Positions 46,259 to 56,176 are shown, counted from the first letter of the stretch. The stretch is 64,000 nt of DNA from Bacteroidales bacterium (GCA_017559135.1 JAFYSZ010000017.1:10140-74139), one strand, 5' to 3'. Translations and numbers: made by a program. The notes: generated by a model from the letters alone, not told the origin.

Positions 46259-47821
46259 ATGTTTAAGAAAGTACCACACACTTATGTGATAATATTCTTT
46301 TTGATTGCTTTGGCTGCGGTTGCTACTTGGGTGGTTCCTGCTGGCGAATTTGAGCGTCAAGAAGTGGTTACAGAATCTGGAAAAATTGTTAATCAGATTG
46401 TGCCAGGCTCTTTTGAGAGTCAAGAACAGAATCCTCAGACTTGGGAGATTATGTCTGCTTTCTTCAAAGGGTTTCAACGTGCTCCGGGGATTATTGCTTT
46501 CCTTTTGATTTTGGGAGGGGCGTTTTGGATTCTTAATGAAACGAAAGCGATTGATATGGGAGTGCAAACCTTCCTTAAAAAGTCGTCTTCTTTGGAGAGA
46601 TACGCATTGTTTAGGAAGATAGGCGTGAATAATCTTATCATTGTGGTGATAATGGTTATGTTCTCTTTGTTTGGTGCGATTTTTGGAATGAGTGAGGAAA
46701 CGATTGCTTTCGTTGCGATATTCGTTCCCTTAGCAATATCTATGGGATATGACTCTATTACGGGGGTGTGTCTTTGTTTCCTTGCAGCAGGTCTTGGTTT
46801 TGCTGGGTGTATTCTTAACCCTTTCACTTTGGGAATTGCACAAGATATTGCTGGAATTAAGATGTTTTCGGGTATTGAATACAGATTGATTGTTTGGTTT
46901 GTGATTACGTTTGTCGGAATCGCATTTGTGTTGTACTATGCAAACAAAGTGAAAAAGAATCCTAAGAAATCAATTATGTATGAGGAGGATGCTTATTGGA
47001 GAGAACATCAAGCATCGGCTAATGACATAGTTGCAATTAAGGCTTCAAAGACTTGTTGGATTGCTTATTTGGCTGTGCTTCTTATTCAAGTGATTTTCTG
47101 TGTGCAAACTCAGAGCCTACCTCTTATTATAACAACTGCTCTTTATGCTATCATAGGTTATTTTGGTATAAAGAAGTCTATGCAAATGTTTTCCTTAGCA
47201 ATATTGATTTTTACTATTGTTTACTTGGTTATAGGTGTAATGATTTTTGAATGGGGCTTTGAACAAATTGCTGCATTGTTCTTCTTTATGGCAATAATTA
47301 CGGGAATGGCTCTTGGAAAATCGGCAAGTGATATTGCTAAACTTTTCATTGCGGGTGCTAAGGACATGCTTTCGGCTGCCTTAGTCGTAGGTTTGGCTTC
47401 TGGAATTATTATAATATTGGAAGATGGTAAAATAATCGATACGTTTTTATCGGGTTTGGCAAGTGCGATTTCGGGCAGTGGACAAGTTGGTGCTTTGAGT
47501 ATTATGTATGCTTTCCAATCTGTGTTGAACGCAATCATTACCTCAGGCACAGCAAAGGCAGCAATGCTTATGCCGATGTTTGCAGAAATTGCAAATATGA
47601 CAGGAATGTCCTTGCAAGCCGCTGTTACTGCATTTCATATCGGAGACGGATTCACAAATCTTATTACTCCAACCTCAGGAGTGTTGATTGCAGTTTTAGG
47701 ACTTGCCAAAATACCATACGCAAAATGGGTGAAATTCTCTTGGAAGTTTATCTTGGCAATGGTCGTTCTTGGTTGGTTGCTTTTAATTCCAACAGTGGTT
47801 ATGCAATTACCTGGATTTTAA
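46259..47821 (+). CDS. YfcC/DcuC-like anaerobic C4-dicarboxylate/basic amino acid carrier family membrane protein
   Basis: 520 aa, more than 10 TM helices. The N-terminal ..VPHTYVIIFFLIALAAVATWVVPAGEFER.. is characteristic of the YfcC family. Confidence 0.75.
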   Translation: MFKKVPHTYVIIFFLIALAAVATWVVPAGEFERQEVVTESGKIVNQIVPGSFESQEQNPQTWEIMSAFFKGFQRAPGIIAFLLILGGAFWILNETKAIDMGVQTFLKKSSSLERYALFRKIGVNNLIIVVIMVMFSLFGAIFGMSEETIAFVAIFVPLAISMGYDSITGVCLCFLAAGLGFAGCILNPFTLGIAQDIAGIKMFSGIEYRLIVWFVITFVGIAFVLYYANKVKKNPKKSIMYEEDAYWREHQASANDIVAIKASKTCWIAYLAVLLIQVIFCVQTQSLPLIITTALYAIIGYFGIKKSMQMFSLAILIFTIVYLVIGVMIFEWGFEQIAALFFFMAIITGMALGKSASDIAKLFIAGAKDMLSAALVVGLASGIIIILEDGKIIDTFLSGLASAISGSGQVGALSIMYAFQSVLNAIITSGTAKAAMLMPMFAEIANMTGMSLQAAVTAFHIGDGFTNLITPTSGVLIAVLGLAKIPYAKWVKFSWKFILAMVVLGWLLLIPTVVMQLPGF

Positions 47822-47838
47822 AATAAGAAACAAAGATT

Positions 47839-48192
47839 ATGAAAAGAATTTATTTGATATTCACATTAGCAATCCTTGCTTTGTTTAGTAGTTGTGAGGC
47901 ATTTGATGATACAACTTATCAAATCTATTATGATGGTTACTCACAGTCAAATTCTATCAAAAGAATAGAATTAAGAGAGTTTAACGAAAAAGAAGGAAAT
48001 TTTGAGAATCAAAGAACAATTCAGTTGAAAAAAGGTGATAAATCTGAGATTTATTGTGTTGATTCTGACATTGCTTATGTGGAAGTAATGATAGCGATTC
48101 AATATACGCAAACACAAGAGCAATATCACATAAATATTTGTCATTTAAACAAAGGAGAAGATAATCTAATAAGGTTATCTACGTTAAAATAA
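47839..48192 (+). CDS. hypothetical lipoprotein (117 aa)
   Basis: Lipobox LFSSC. No other motif. Confidence 0.5.
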   Translation: MKRIYLIFTLAILALFSSCEAFDDTTYQIYYDGYSQSNSIKRIELREFNEKEGNFENQRTIQLKKGDKSEIYCVDSDIAYVEVMIAIQYTQTQEQYHINICHLNKGEDNLIRLSTLK

Positions 48193-48250
48193 TAGAAATT
48201 GACTTTTTTTTCGTAATATTGCAAATTCTCAAAACTAAATAAATATAATA

Positions 48251-49015
48251 ATGGCACTATTAGAAATAAAGGATTTACACGCAAAAATAAAAGATAAAGA
48301 GATTTTAAAAGGGGTAAATCTTACAATAAATAAAGGAGAAGTACACGCAATTATGGGACCTAACGGAAACGGAAAAAGTACCTTGGCTTCTGTGATTGCA
48401 GGTAAAGATACATTTGAGGTAACAAAAGGTGAAGTTTTGTTTAATAATAAAAACCTTTTGGATTTGCCGATTGAGGCAAGAGCAGCCGAAGGAATATTTC
48501 TTGGATTCCAATATCCGGTAGAAATTCCGGGCGTTAGCATCAGCAATTTTATGCGAACAGCAATCAATGAGCAAAGAAAATATCGTGGATTAGACCCAAT
48601 GTCGGCAAAAGATTTTCTTTCGCTAATGGAAGAGAAGAAAAAAATAGTAGAACTCACAAGCAAACTTGCTAATCGCTCGGTAAACGAAGGCTTTTCTGGT
48701 GGAGAAAAAAAGAAAAACGAAATCTTCCAAATGGCAATGTTGAATCCAACTTTGGCAATCTTAGACGAAACTGATTCAGGTTTAGATATAGACGCATTAA
48801 GAATAGTTGCAAACGGAGTAAACGCTCTTCGCAGTCCTGATAATGCCACTGTTGTAATCACACACTATCAAAGATTGTTGGATTACATTGTTCCGGATTA
48901 TGTACACGTGCTTTATGAAGGAAGAATAGTTAAGACAGGAGACAAAACTCTTGCTTTAACTTTGGAAGAAAAAGGTTACGATTGGATTAGAAAGGAATTA
49001 GAGCAAGGAAAGTAA
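48251..49015 (+). CDS. sufC: Fe-S cluster assembly ATPase SufC
   Basis: Walker A GPNGNGKST, ABC signature FSGGEKKK, Walker B LAILDETDSGLD, and the typical SufC C-terminus. Confidence 0.95.
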   Translation: MALLEIKDLHAKIKDKEILKGVNLTINKGEVHAIMGPNGNGKSTLASVIAGKDTFEVTKGEVLFNNKNLLDLPIEARAAEGIFLGFQYPVEIPGVSISNFMRTAINEQRKYRGLDPMSAKDFLSLMEEKKKIVELTSKLANRSVNEGFSGGEKKKNEIFQMAMLNPTLAILDETDSGLDIDALRIVANGVNALRSPDNATVVITHYQRLLDYIVPDYVHVLYEGRIVKTGDKTLALTLEEKGYDWIRKELEQGK

Positions 49016-50061
49016 TGGAAGAAAATCTTAAAAACATAAATTTCAGTTGTAATATTCCGCAGTTAAATACTATTCGGTTGATACAATTGAATGGAAAGTT
49101 ATATGAAGATGTTGAATTAGAAGAAAAATACAACGATAGCATAAAGATAGAAAGAACAGACGAGGGTATTTTTATTCAAATTAAAGAAAACACAACAATA
49201 GATGTTCCTTTGCAAATCATAAACGTAATAGGAGATAATCAAAACCTTAAAACATCTTCATTCAGTACTGTCAGGTTAGGCAGAAACAGCAAACTAAGAC
49301 TAATACATTGCGATGATTCTCTTTCACAAGAGGCTTGTGATTTGACAAACAAACTAAATATAGAAATAGAAGACGGTGCGAGTTTAGATTATTACAAAAT
49401 GGAAAACATAAATGACTATTCTGTAATAAGCACTGAGGTTTGTTTTGAAATGGGAAGAGAATCAAAACTCACAACCTTTGGTCTTAGTCTTAACGGAAAA
49501 TTGATTCGCAACAAAATAATGGTTAATTTTAACGATGAATATGCGGTTGCAGATCTTAATGGTTTGTATCTAATGGACAAACAACAAGAGTCTGAAACCG
49601 AAATCAATGTTTATCACAACAAACCAAATTGTTCTTCAAATCAATTGTTCAAAGGAATACTTGATGATGTAGCGAAATCAAGTTTTGTCGGTCATGTATA
49701 TGTGGATTACGGAGCAAGAGGTACAACAGCAATGCAAAACAACAAAAATATGCTTCTTACCGACAAGGCAAAGGTAAATACACGTCCATTTTTGGAAATC
49801 TATAACGATGATGTTAAGTGTTCGCACGGAGCAACAATAGGACAGTTGAATGCAGATGCTCTTTTCTATCTTAGAACACGTTGTATAAGCGAAAGAAGTG
49901 CGAAGATGCTTTTGATGTATGCCTTTTGCGAAGATGTACTCTCAAAAAGCGACATAGAAGAGTTGAAAGAAAGTTTGGGAGATTTGATAAAGAAAAGACT
50001 ACAAGGCGAATTAACCGCTTGTGGCAATTGTGTGTTTCAATGTTCTAAACCATGCAAATAG
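49015..50061 (+). CDS. sufD: SufD-like Fe-S cluster assembly protein (short, 348 aa) with a Cys-rich C-terminal tail
   Basis: SufB/D beta-helix core (..RPFLEIYNDDVKCSHGATIGQLNADALFYLRTRCISERSAKMLLMYAF..). The terminal residues are CGNCVFQCSKPC. Confidence 0.8.
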   Translation: MEENLKNINFSCNIPQLNTIRLIQLNGKLYEDVELEEKYNDSIKIERTDEGIFIQIKENTTIDVPLQIINVIGDNQNLKTSSFSTVRLGRNSKLRLIHCDDSLSQEACDLTNKLNIEIEDGASLDYYKMENINDYSVISTEVCFEMGRESKLTTFGLSLNGKLIRNKIMVNFNDEYAVADLNGLYLMDKQQESETEINVYHNKPNCSSNQLFKGILDDVAKSSFVGHVYVDYGARGTTAMQNNKNMLLTDKAKVNTRPFLEIYNDDVKCSHGATIGQLNADALFYLRTRCISERSAKMLLMYAFCEDVLSKSDIEELKESLGDLIKKRLQGELTACGNCVFQCSKPCK

Positions 50062-50948
50062 CAATCTTTGGTAAAAATTGTAAGCAAGAGGATTTGTGTT
50101 ATATAGAAGACTTGTTTTCTCAAATAAGTCAGCACTCAAAAGAAATTCTTATCTCAAAAGATTTCTTTCTTTTCTTGCAAGACAAAATAACTTTGCCAAA
50201 TGATTGCAATATTTCAACCTTTGAAGAAAATAATATAAAGGATAAGAAAATAGATATACTCTTTTCCTTAGGAGGAGATGGCACTTTATTAGATACACTT
50301 TCTGTTGTTAAAAATACAACTCTGCCTGTTTTGGGAATAAATCTTGGACATTTAGGATTTCTTACAAGTGTTGGTAGAAAGGAAATAAAGAATCTTTTAT
50401 CCGAAATAGAGAAAGGAAACTATAAAGTAGAAAAACATAGTGTATTAAAAGCCTCTTGCAAATCTTCAAAGGAAGAACGCTTTGCTATAAATGAGGTTTG
50501 TGTGCGTTCACTCTCACCGGGAGAATTATTAGAAATAGATGCCTATATAGGAAATGAATATTTGACAACATATACCTCAGACGGATTGATAGCAACGACC
50601 CCAACAGGCTCAACAGCCTATTCAATGAGTTGTGGCGGACCTATTATATCTCCAAATTCTCGTTGTTTATGTATCACACCTATTTCTCCGCATAACTTAA
50701 CTCTTAGACCGCTGATAATTCCCGATGATTCTCTGATACGATTTGTTATAAACGATTCAAGAAAAGGTATCTCGCTACATTTAGACTCGCAAATCTATCC
50801 ATTAGAAACTCCAATCTCAATAGAAATTTCCAAAGCAGATATGGAATTGAATGTTATTAGAATGCAGAATCAAACATTCTTTTCGGCAATTAGAAACAAA
50901 CTAATGTGGGGAACAAATTTAAGACAAAGAAAAAGTAATGATGAATAA
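50052..50948 (+). CDS. nadK: NAD kinase
   Basis: GGDGTLL motif, ..NLGHLGFLT.. and ..TPTGSTAYSMSCGGPI.. Confidence 0.9.
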   Translation: MQIAIFGKNCKQEDLCYIEDLFSQISQHSKEILISKDFFLFLQDKITLPNDCNISTFEENNIKDKKIDILFSLGGDGTLLDTLSVVKNTTLPVLGINLGHLGFLTSVGRKEIKNLLSEIEKGNYKVEKHSVLKASCKSSKEERFAINEVCVRSLSPGELLEIDAYIGNEYLTTYTSDGLIATTPTGSTAYSMSCGGPIISPNSRCLCITPISPHNLTLRPLIIPDDSLIRFVINDSRKGISLHLDSQIYPLETPISIEISKADMELNVIRMQNQTFFSAIRNKLMWGTNLRQRKSNDE

Positions 50949-52101
50949 AAAATCTGTTGCAGTAATCGGTTCAACAGGCTCTATCGGCAGACAAGCCTTA
51001 GACATAATTGCTCAACACCCTGATATATTTTCAGCAGAAGTATTAACTGCAAACACACAAGCGGATTTACTTATTGAACAAGCCTTGAAATTCAATCCAA
51101 ATGTGGTGGTTATTGCAGACAAAACACAATATCAAAAAGTAAAAGACGCATTATCTCAAACAGACATCAAGGTTTTTGCAGGTAAAGAAAGCATTGATGA
51201 GGTTGTGCAAATGGATTGTGTTGATATTGTCCTTATGGCACTTGTAGGATTTGCAGGTCTATCGCCTACAATCAAAGCAATAGAAAAAGGAAAACTCATA
51301 GCCCTTGCAAATAAAGAAACACTTGTTGTGGGAGGGGAGTATGTTATGAGATTAGCAAAGCAAAACAATACAGCAATTCTTCCTGTTGATTCGGAGCATT
51401 CAGCAATTTTTCAATGTCTAATAGGAGAAATAAACAACGAAGTAAATAAAATATATCTTACTGCTTCGGGTGGGCCGTTTAGAACCTTCAATGCAGAAGA
51501 ACTTTCAAAGGTTAGTGTGGCACAAGCCTTGAATCACCCAAATTGGGCAATGGGTAAAAAAGTTACAATCGACTCTGCAACTCTTATGAATAAGGGTTTT
51601 GAAATGATTGAAGCGAGATGGTTGTTCGATATAAAGCCTTCAAAAATAGAAGCAGTCATTCACCCTCAAAGTATAATACATTCTATGGTGGAATTTGAAG
51701 ATGGAAGCATTAAAGCACAGTTAGGAGTTGCCGATATGCGTCTTCCGATTCAATATGCACTCAATTTTCCAGAAAGACTGCCAAATACATCTGAGAAATT
51801 AGATATATTCAAATATTCTACCCTTACTTTTGAAAAACCAAACATAGAATTATTCCCTTGTTTGTCTTTGGCATATCACGCAATCGAACAAGGCGGCAAC
51901 CTTCCTGCAATAATGAATGCAGCAAATGAAGTTGCGGTAGAGGCTTTTTTGAAAGAAAAAATACAATTTATTCAAATTCCGAATATAATAGAAGAGGCGT
52001 TTAATACGTTTGCCTTTGTGAAAAATCCATCGTTGGAGGATTATTTCAAAACAGATGAGTTAGTAAAAGATAAATTAAGAAGAGAAATATTAAACAATTA
52101 A
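50938..52101 (+). CDS. dxr: 1-deoxy-D-xylulose 5-phosphate reductoisomerase
   Basis: ..VAVIGSTGSIGRQALDI.., ..LANKETLV.., ..PVDSEHSAIFQCL.. and ..NHPNWAMGKKVTIDSATLMNKG.. Confidence 0.95.
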   Translation: MMNKKSVAVIGSTGSIGRQALDIIAQHPDIFSAEVLTANTQADLLIEQALKFNPNVVVIADKTQYQKVKDALSQTDIKVFAGKESIDEVVQMDCVDIVLMALVGFAGLSPTIKAIEKGKLIALANKETLVVGGEYVMRLAKQNNTAILPVDSEHSAIFQCLIGEINNEVNKIYLTASGGPFRTFNAEELSKVSVAQALNHPNWAMGKKVTIDSATLMNKGFEMIEARWLFDIKPSKIEAVIHPQSIIHSMVEFEDGSIKAQLGVADMRLPIQYALNFPERLPNTSEKLDIFKYSTLTFEKPNIELFPCLSLAYHAIEQGGNLPAIMNAANEVAVEAFLKEKIQFIQIPNIIEEAFNTFAFVKNPSLEDYFKTDELVKDKLRREILNN

Positions 52102-52107
52102 GAAAAT

Positions 52108-53490
52108 ATGAAATTTTTAGCATTAGTATTAAGTTTATCGTTATTGGTATTCATTCATGAGCTTGGGCATTATTTGTTTGCAAGATTATTTAAAACAAGA
52201 GTAGAACAATTCTATTTGTTTTTTAATCCTGGATTATCAATCCTAAGAGCAAAGAAATGTAATGGTAAATGGCGTTTTAGTTGGTTCTCAAAAAAATCTC
52301 CCGAAGAGTTTGCACAATATCCCGATAAAACAGAATGGGGAATAGGTTGGTTGCCTTTTGGTGGCTATTGCTCAATTGCAGGAATGATTGATGAGAGTAA
52401 TACCTCAGCAGACTCGCTTTCAGCAGAACCACAAGAGTGGGAATATCGCTCAAAGAAAGCATGGCAAAGGCTTCTTATTGTCTTAGGAGGGGTATTGATG
52501 AATTTCGTTGGAGCAATCGTTATTTTCTCTGCTATGCTCTTTGTTTGGGGAAAAGAAACCTTGCCAATTCAAAATGCAACACTTGGATATGATTACACAG
52601 AAGTAGCATTGAAAAACGGATTTCAAAACGGTGATATAGTACAAAGTATAGATGGAAAGAAAGTTGTAAATTTGTCGCAAGTAGTTGAACAAGTTCTTTT
52701 AGAATCTCCAAAAGATATTACTGTTAAAAGGGGAGATTCTTTGGTGACATTCTCCTTGCCAAAAGATTTTGCAAAACAAATGTTGGTTGCTAATCCAAAA
52801 GAATTTGCAACTGTAAGAGTTCCTTTTGTAATTGATAATTTTGCAATAGGTTCTGTGGCACAAAATGCAGGAATGCAAATAGGCGATAGCATAGTAGCAT
52901 TAAATGGTGTAGTAACTCCTACATTTAGCGATTTTGTTAAAGAAATTGCTGATAAAAAAGGAAAAGAAATCACAATAACTTATTATAGAAACAATCAAAA
53001 ACAAGATATTTCTTTCGCACTTGGCTCAGATGCTAAGATAGGAGCAATGGCAAAAAATCCTGCAAACATATTTAAAACCGAAAAAATAGAATATAATTTA
53101 TTTGAATCCATACCTGCCGGAATACAAGTAGGAACTGAAACTTTGGTTAATTACGTTAAACAATTCAAATTAGTCTTTACCAAAGAAGGAGTTTCACAAT
53201 TAGGCGGTTTTGGAGCGATTGGTTCAATGTTTCCTGCTGAATGGAATTGGGCAATCTTCTGGAATATGACTGCATTCTTGTCTATAATCTTGGCATTTAT
53301 GAATATTTTGCCTATACCTGCCTTAGACGGAGGTCATGTGATGTTTACGCTTTGGGAAATGGTAACAGGAAAGAAGCCAGGCGACAAATTTATGGAGCGA
53401 GCACAACTAATTGGTATGATAATCTTGTTCGGATTGCTGATTTTTGCTAATGGAAACGATTTATATCGCTGGATTATTAGTAAATTTTAG
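52108..53490 (+). CDS. rseP: RIP metalloprotease RseP (site-2 protease, M50)
   Basis: HELGHY zinc motif in TM1, PDZ domains, and the C-terminal ..NILPIPALDGGH.. motif. Confidence 0.9.
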   Translation: MKFLALVLSLSLLVFIHELGHYLFARLFKTRVEQFYLFFNPGLSILRAKKCNGKWRFSWFSKKSPEEFAQYPDKTEWGIGWLPFGGYCSIAGMIDESNTSADSLSAEPQEWEYRSKKAWQRLLIVLGGVLMNFVGAIVIFSAMLFVWGKETLPIQNATLGYDYTEVALKNGFQNGDIVQSIDGKKVVNLSQVVEQVLLESPKDITVKRGDSLVTFSLPKDFAKQMLVANPKEFATVRVPFVIDNFAIGSVAQNAGMQIGDSIVALNGVVTPTFSDFVKEIADKKGKEITITYYRNNQKQDISFALGSDAKIGAMAKNPANIFKTEKIEYNLFESIPAGIQVGTETLVNYVKQFKLVFTKEGVSQLGGFGAIGSMFPAEWNWAIFWNMTAFLSIILAFMNILPIPALDGGHVMFTLWEMVTGKKPGDKFMERAQLIGMIILFGLLIFANGNDLYRWIISKF

Positions 53491-53543
53491 TAATTGATTA
53501 TCAGTAAGTTTAAAAAAACTTTGAAAAAAAAGTAAAGAAAAAA

Positions 53544-53574
53544 TTTGGTAGTAATAAAAAAGCTTGTATCTTTG
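53544..53574 (+). promoter_or_regulatory. Bacteroidota promoter for tRNA-Asn (TTTG-N19-TAtcTTTG)
   Basis: TTTG at 53544-53547 and TATCTTTG at 53567-53574. Confidence 0.6.
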
Positions 53575-53600
53575 CACTCGCTTTAAGGGAATAAAGGAAT

Positions 53601-53674
53601 GCCTCCTTAGCTCAGCTGGTTAGAGCACATGACTGTTAATCATGGGGTCCTAGGTTCAAGTCCTAGAGGGGGCG
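53601..53674 (+). tRNA. tRNA-Asn (anticodon GTT)
   Basis: Manual cloverleaf. The acceptor stem is GCCTCCT/AGGGGGC (one G-U), the D-arm is GCTCAGCTGGTTAGAGC, the anticodon loop is CTGTTAA, and the T-arm is CTAGG-TTCAAGT-CCTAG. Confidence 0.9.
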
Positions 53675-53686
53675 CTCAAAGATAAA

Positions 53687-53720
53687 AGAGAGAAATCAAA
53701 AAGGTTTCTCTCTTTTTTTT
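53687..53720 (+). terminator. rho-independent terminator after tRNA-Asn
   Basis: Stem agagagaaa/tttctctct followed by T8. Confidence 0.75.
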
Positions 53721-53988
53721 ATCCCTCAAAAACTCAATTCCAAAAAGGCATATAAAAAATGCGAAAAGGCAGAAAGTATATGCTAAAAAAGCACATAGAA
53801 TATACCATTTTGGTAAGCATATATATAACGTATATCTAATTTATATTTTCGGAATTATTATATTAAATGTCTTAGCCGATTTTTTTTTCTTTTTTTAAAG
53901 AGAAAGAATATGAATTTTAACTTCTGTTTTTTTAACAGCAAAAAATAGGCGGCGAGTTTTTTTAGAAAAATTGCAGAACTATTTTTCT

Positions 53989-54062
53989 AAAACAAAGAAA
54001 TAAAAAAATAAGTCTATGAATTAAAAAATTATTTCATAGACTTATTTTTTTAAAACAAAGAG
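53989..54062. repeat. composite intergenic element: AAAACAAAGAAATAAAA, then a 14-bp hairpin (54007-54046), then AAAACAAAGAG
   Basis: Read directly. The hairpin is aataagtctatgaa/ttcatagacttatt. The same motif and a related hairpin occur at 26706-26792, and the motif occurs 3x at 63575-63637. Confidence 0.7.
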
Positions 54063-54066
54063 TTTT

Positions 54067-54495
54067 TTATTTCAAAAGCACTTCTTGAATAAATTTATCA
54101 AGTTCTTCTTCGCTTTTTGCACCAACCATTATTTGTGGCTCGCCATCTTTTGGAACAAAAATCAAGGTTGGAATGCTGTTTATGCCGATTTCTTTTGCTA
54201 AAACTTTTTCTTTATCTACGTTTACTTTGTAAACTATTATTTTATCAGCATATTTTTCTGCCATTTTGTCTAAAATTGGAGAAATCATCTTACATGGTTT
54301 GCACCAGTTAGCGTAAAAATCCACTATAATAGGCTTTTCGGCTAATGAAACCCATTTGTCTGGTGATTTTTCATAATCTGCAACTTTTGTTAAAAAGTCT
54401 GCTTTTGTTATTTCTATTGGTTTGCTTTGTGAATATGCGAATGAAAGAGAGAATATCGCAAATACAAAGACGAAAAGTTTAATAATTTTTTGCAT
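54067..54495 (-). CDS. secreted thioredoxin-family protein
   Basis: Signal peptide (MQKIIKLFVFVFAIFSLSFAYSQ) and active site WCKPC. A minus-strand TAcaTTTG box lies upstream (plus-strand CAAATGTA at 54520-54527). Confidence 0.85.
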   Translation of the reverse strand: MQKIIKLFVFVFAIFSLSFAYSQSKPIEITKADFLTKVADYEKSPDKWVSLAEKPIIVDFYANWCKPCKMISPILDKMAEKYADKIIVYKVNVDKEKVLAKEIGINSIPTLIFVPKDGEPQIMVGAKSEEELDKFIQEVLLK

Positions 54496-54637
54496 GATTT
54501 TTGAAGTTTTTAATTTTTTGCAAATGTACAAAAAATAAATAAAACAAATATATTGTTAAAAAAGAGATAAAAAATATTGTATCTCTGTGTTTTTTTTGTA
54601 AATTTGCCGATAATTTGAGTAATTATAAGTAATAGCT

Positions 54638-56158
54638 ATGAAAAAATTACATTATTTATTTATAGGATTGTTGTTGGTGTTTGTTGGTTTTGAGCAAATT
54701 AACGCTCAACCTGTTATGACAATGACAAGTGCAACAGCTACAAGTTATAATTCGGCAGACGTTGCAGCAGATTATACATCAACAGGTGGTTGGACAGTGT
54801 CTAAAAAAGGATTTATTTATGGAACAGACCCCGTTCCAACAAAAGCAAATGGTGCAACTTTGAAACAAAAAACAGGTTCATCAGTTGCTCCTTTTACATC
54901 TAGTTTGACAGGTCTTGCTCCGAATACTACTTATTATGTTAGAACTTATGCTACGAAGACTAGTCCTGCCGATACAGTGTATTCAAGTAATATTTTGTCT
55001 TTTACTACTCCGCAGGCTGTTCCTCCTACTTTGGATACTCCTACTTCTTCGGATATTACCTTGTTTACTGCGACTTTAAATAGTGTAATCTCGGCAAAGG
55101 GAGATGCAACGCAGTTTACAAGTAAGGGTTTTGTTTATTCTTCTACTCCAAATCCTGATTGCAACACGGGTGCAAAGGTTACCGTTTCGGGAACGGTGAA
55201 TGCGAGTTCGATTCCTTTCCCTTTGACAAAGGAAATAACAGATTTGGTTTCGGGTGCAACATATTATGCAAGGGCTTTTGCGATTGTTAAATATGGTTCA
55301 GCAGTTACTGATACTATTTATTCTGATGAAATTTCTTTTACTACTGCTCACTCTTGTCAGTCTGTGCCTACAAATGTTAATGTGTCAGAAATTGGAATTA
55401 CAGAGGCAAAAGTAGATTTTAATCCGGGTTTGGGACAAACTCAGTGGCAAATAAAATGTGGAATAGTAGGACAACCCGATGATCAAGCAAGTTTATATGT
55501 TTCAAATGATACTACTTATGTCGTTACAGGCTTAGAGGGAGGTCGTTCTTATTCGGTTTATGTGAGAGCTATTTGCGGAAATATTTATAGCGAATGGAGC
55601 CTAATGCGTAATTTTGTTACACTTCCTCCTTTGTGTGCAAATGTTAGTGCAGTGCGTACAACAGAAGTTCAACACTCTTCTGTAAAAATTACTTGGAATC
55701 CAGGAAGTATGAGTCAAAATAGGTGGGAGGTGGTATTCTGTCAAAGCAATCAAACTTTACCTGCCTCAGGTGTGATTGTATATGATAATCCTATATTCTC
55801 TCCAATAGGACTTACCCCTCAAACTGAGTATAAAATGAAGGTAAGAGCAGTTTGTGCAGATGGTGAAGTGAGCTCTTGGAGTGATGAATTTGTGTTTAAT
55901 ACAATTCAACAAGGAATTGAAGAAGCGGAAAATATCGAAAGTGTAGATATATATCCTATTCCTACTGATGGAAAAATAGTTTTTAAAGCAAATAATTTAA
56001 GAGTAGATAGAATAGAAATCTTAAATATGTTAGGAGAAGTGCTGTATTCTTCTGATAAACTTCCAAAGGAATTTGATTTTGAAAATAAAAAAGGTGTGTT
56101 TTTCGTTAATATTTACACTGAAAAAGGAATTCAATCAAGAAAAGTAGTAGTTAAATAA
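54638..56158 (+). CDS. T9SS-secreted protein with repeated Ig/FN3-like domains and a type A C-terminal sorting domain
   Basis: Signal peptide, repeated ..TTYYVRTYA../..ATYYARAFA../..RSYSVYVRAIC../..TEYKMKVRAVC.. FN3-like strands, and a C-terminal ..IYPIPTDGKIVF...GVFFVNIYTEKGIQSRKVVVK. Confidence 0.8.
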   Translation: MKKLHYLFIGLLLVFVGFEQINAQPVMTMTSATATSYNSADVAADYTSTGGWTVSKKGFIYGTDPVPTKANGATLKQKTGSSVAPFTSSLTGLAPNTTYYVRTYATKTSPADTVYSSNILSFTTPQAVPPTLDTPTSSDITLFTATLNSVISAKGDATQFTSKGFVYSSTPNPDCNTGAKVTVSGTVNASSIPFPLTKEITDLVSGATYYARAFAIVKYGSAVTDTIYSDEISFTTAHSCQSVPTNVNVSEIGITEAKVDFNPGLGQTQWQIKCGIVGQPDDQASLYVSNDTTYVVTGLEGGRSYSVYVRAICGNIYSEWSLMRNFVTLPPLCANVSAVRTTEVQHSSVKITWNPGSMSQNRWEVVFCQSNQTLPASGVIVYDNPIFSPIGLTPQTEYKMKVRAVCADGEVSSWSDEFVFNTIQQGIEEAENIESVDIYPIPTDGKIVFKANNLRVDRIEILNMLGEVLYSSDKLPKEFDFENKKGVFFVNIYTEKGIQSRKVVVK

Positions 56159-56176
56159 TAAAAAAATAAACAATCG

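Noticed and set aside
48235-48861. 208-aa ORF on the minus strand
   Set aside because: It is fully antisense to the unambiguous sufC gene. Its composition is low-complexity Ser/Phe/Ile-rich, which is typical of the antisense frame of an AT-rich gene.
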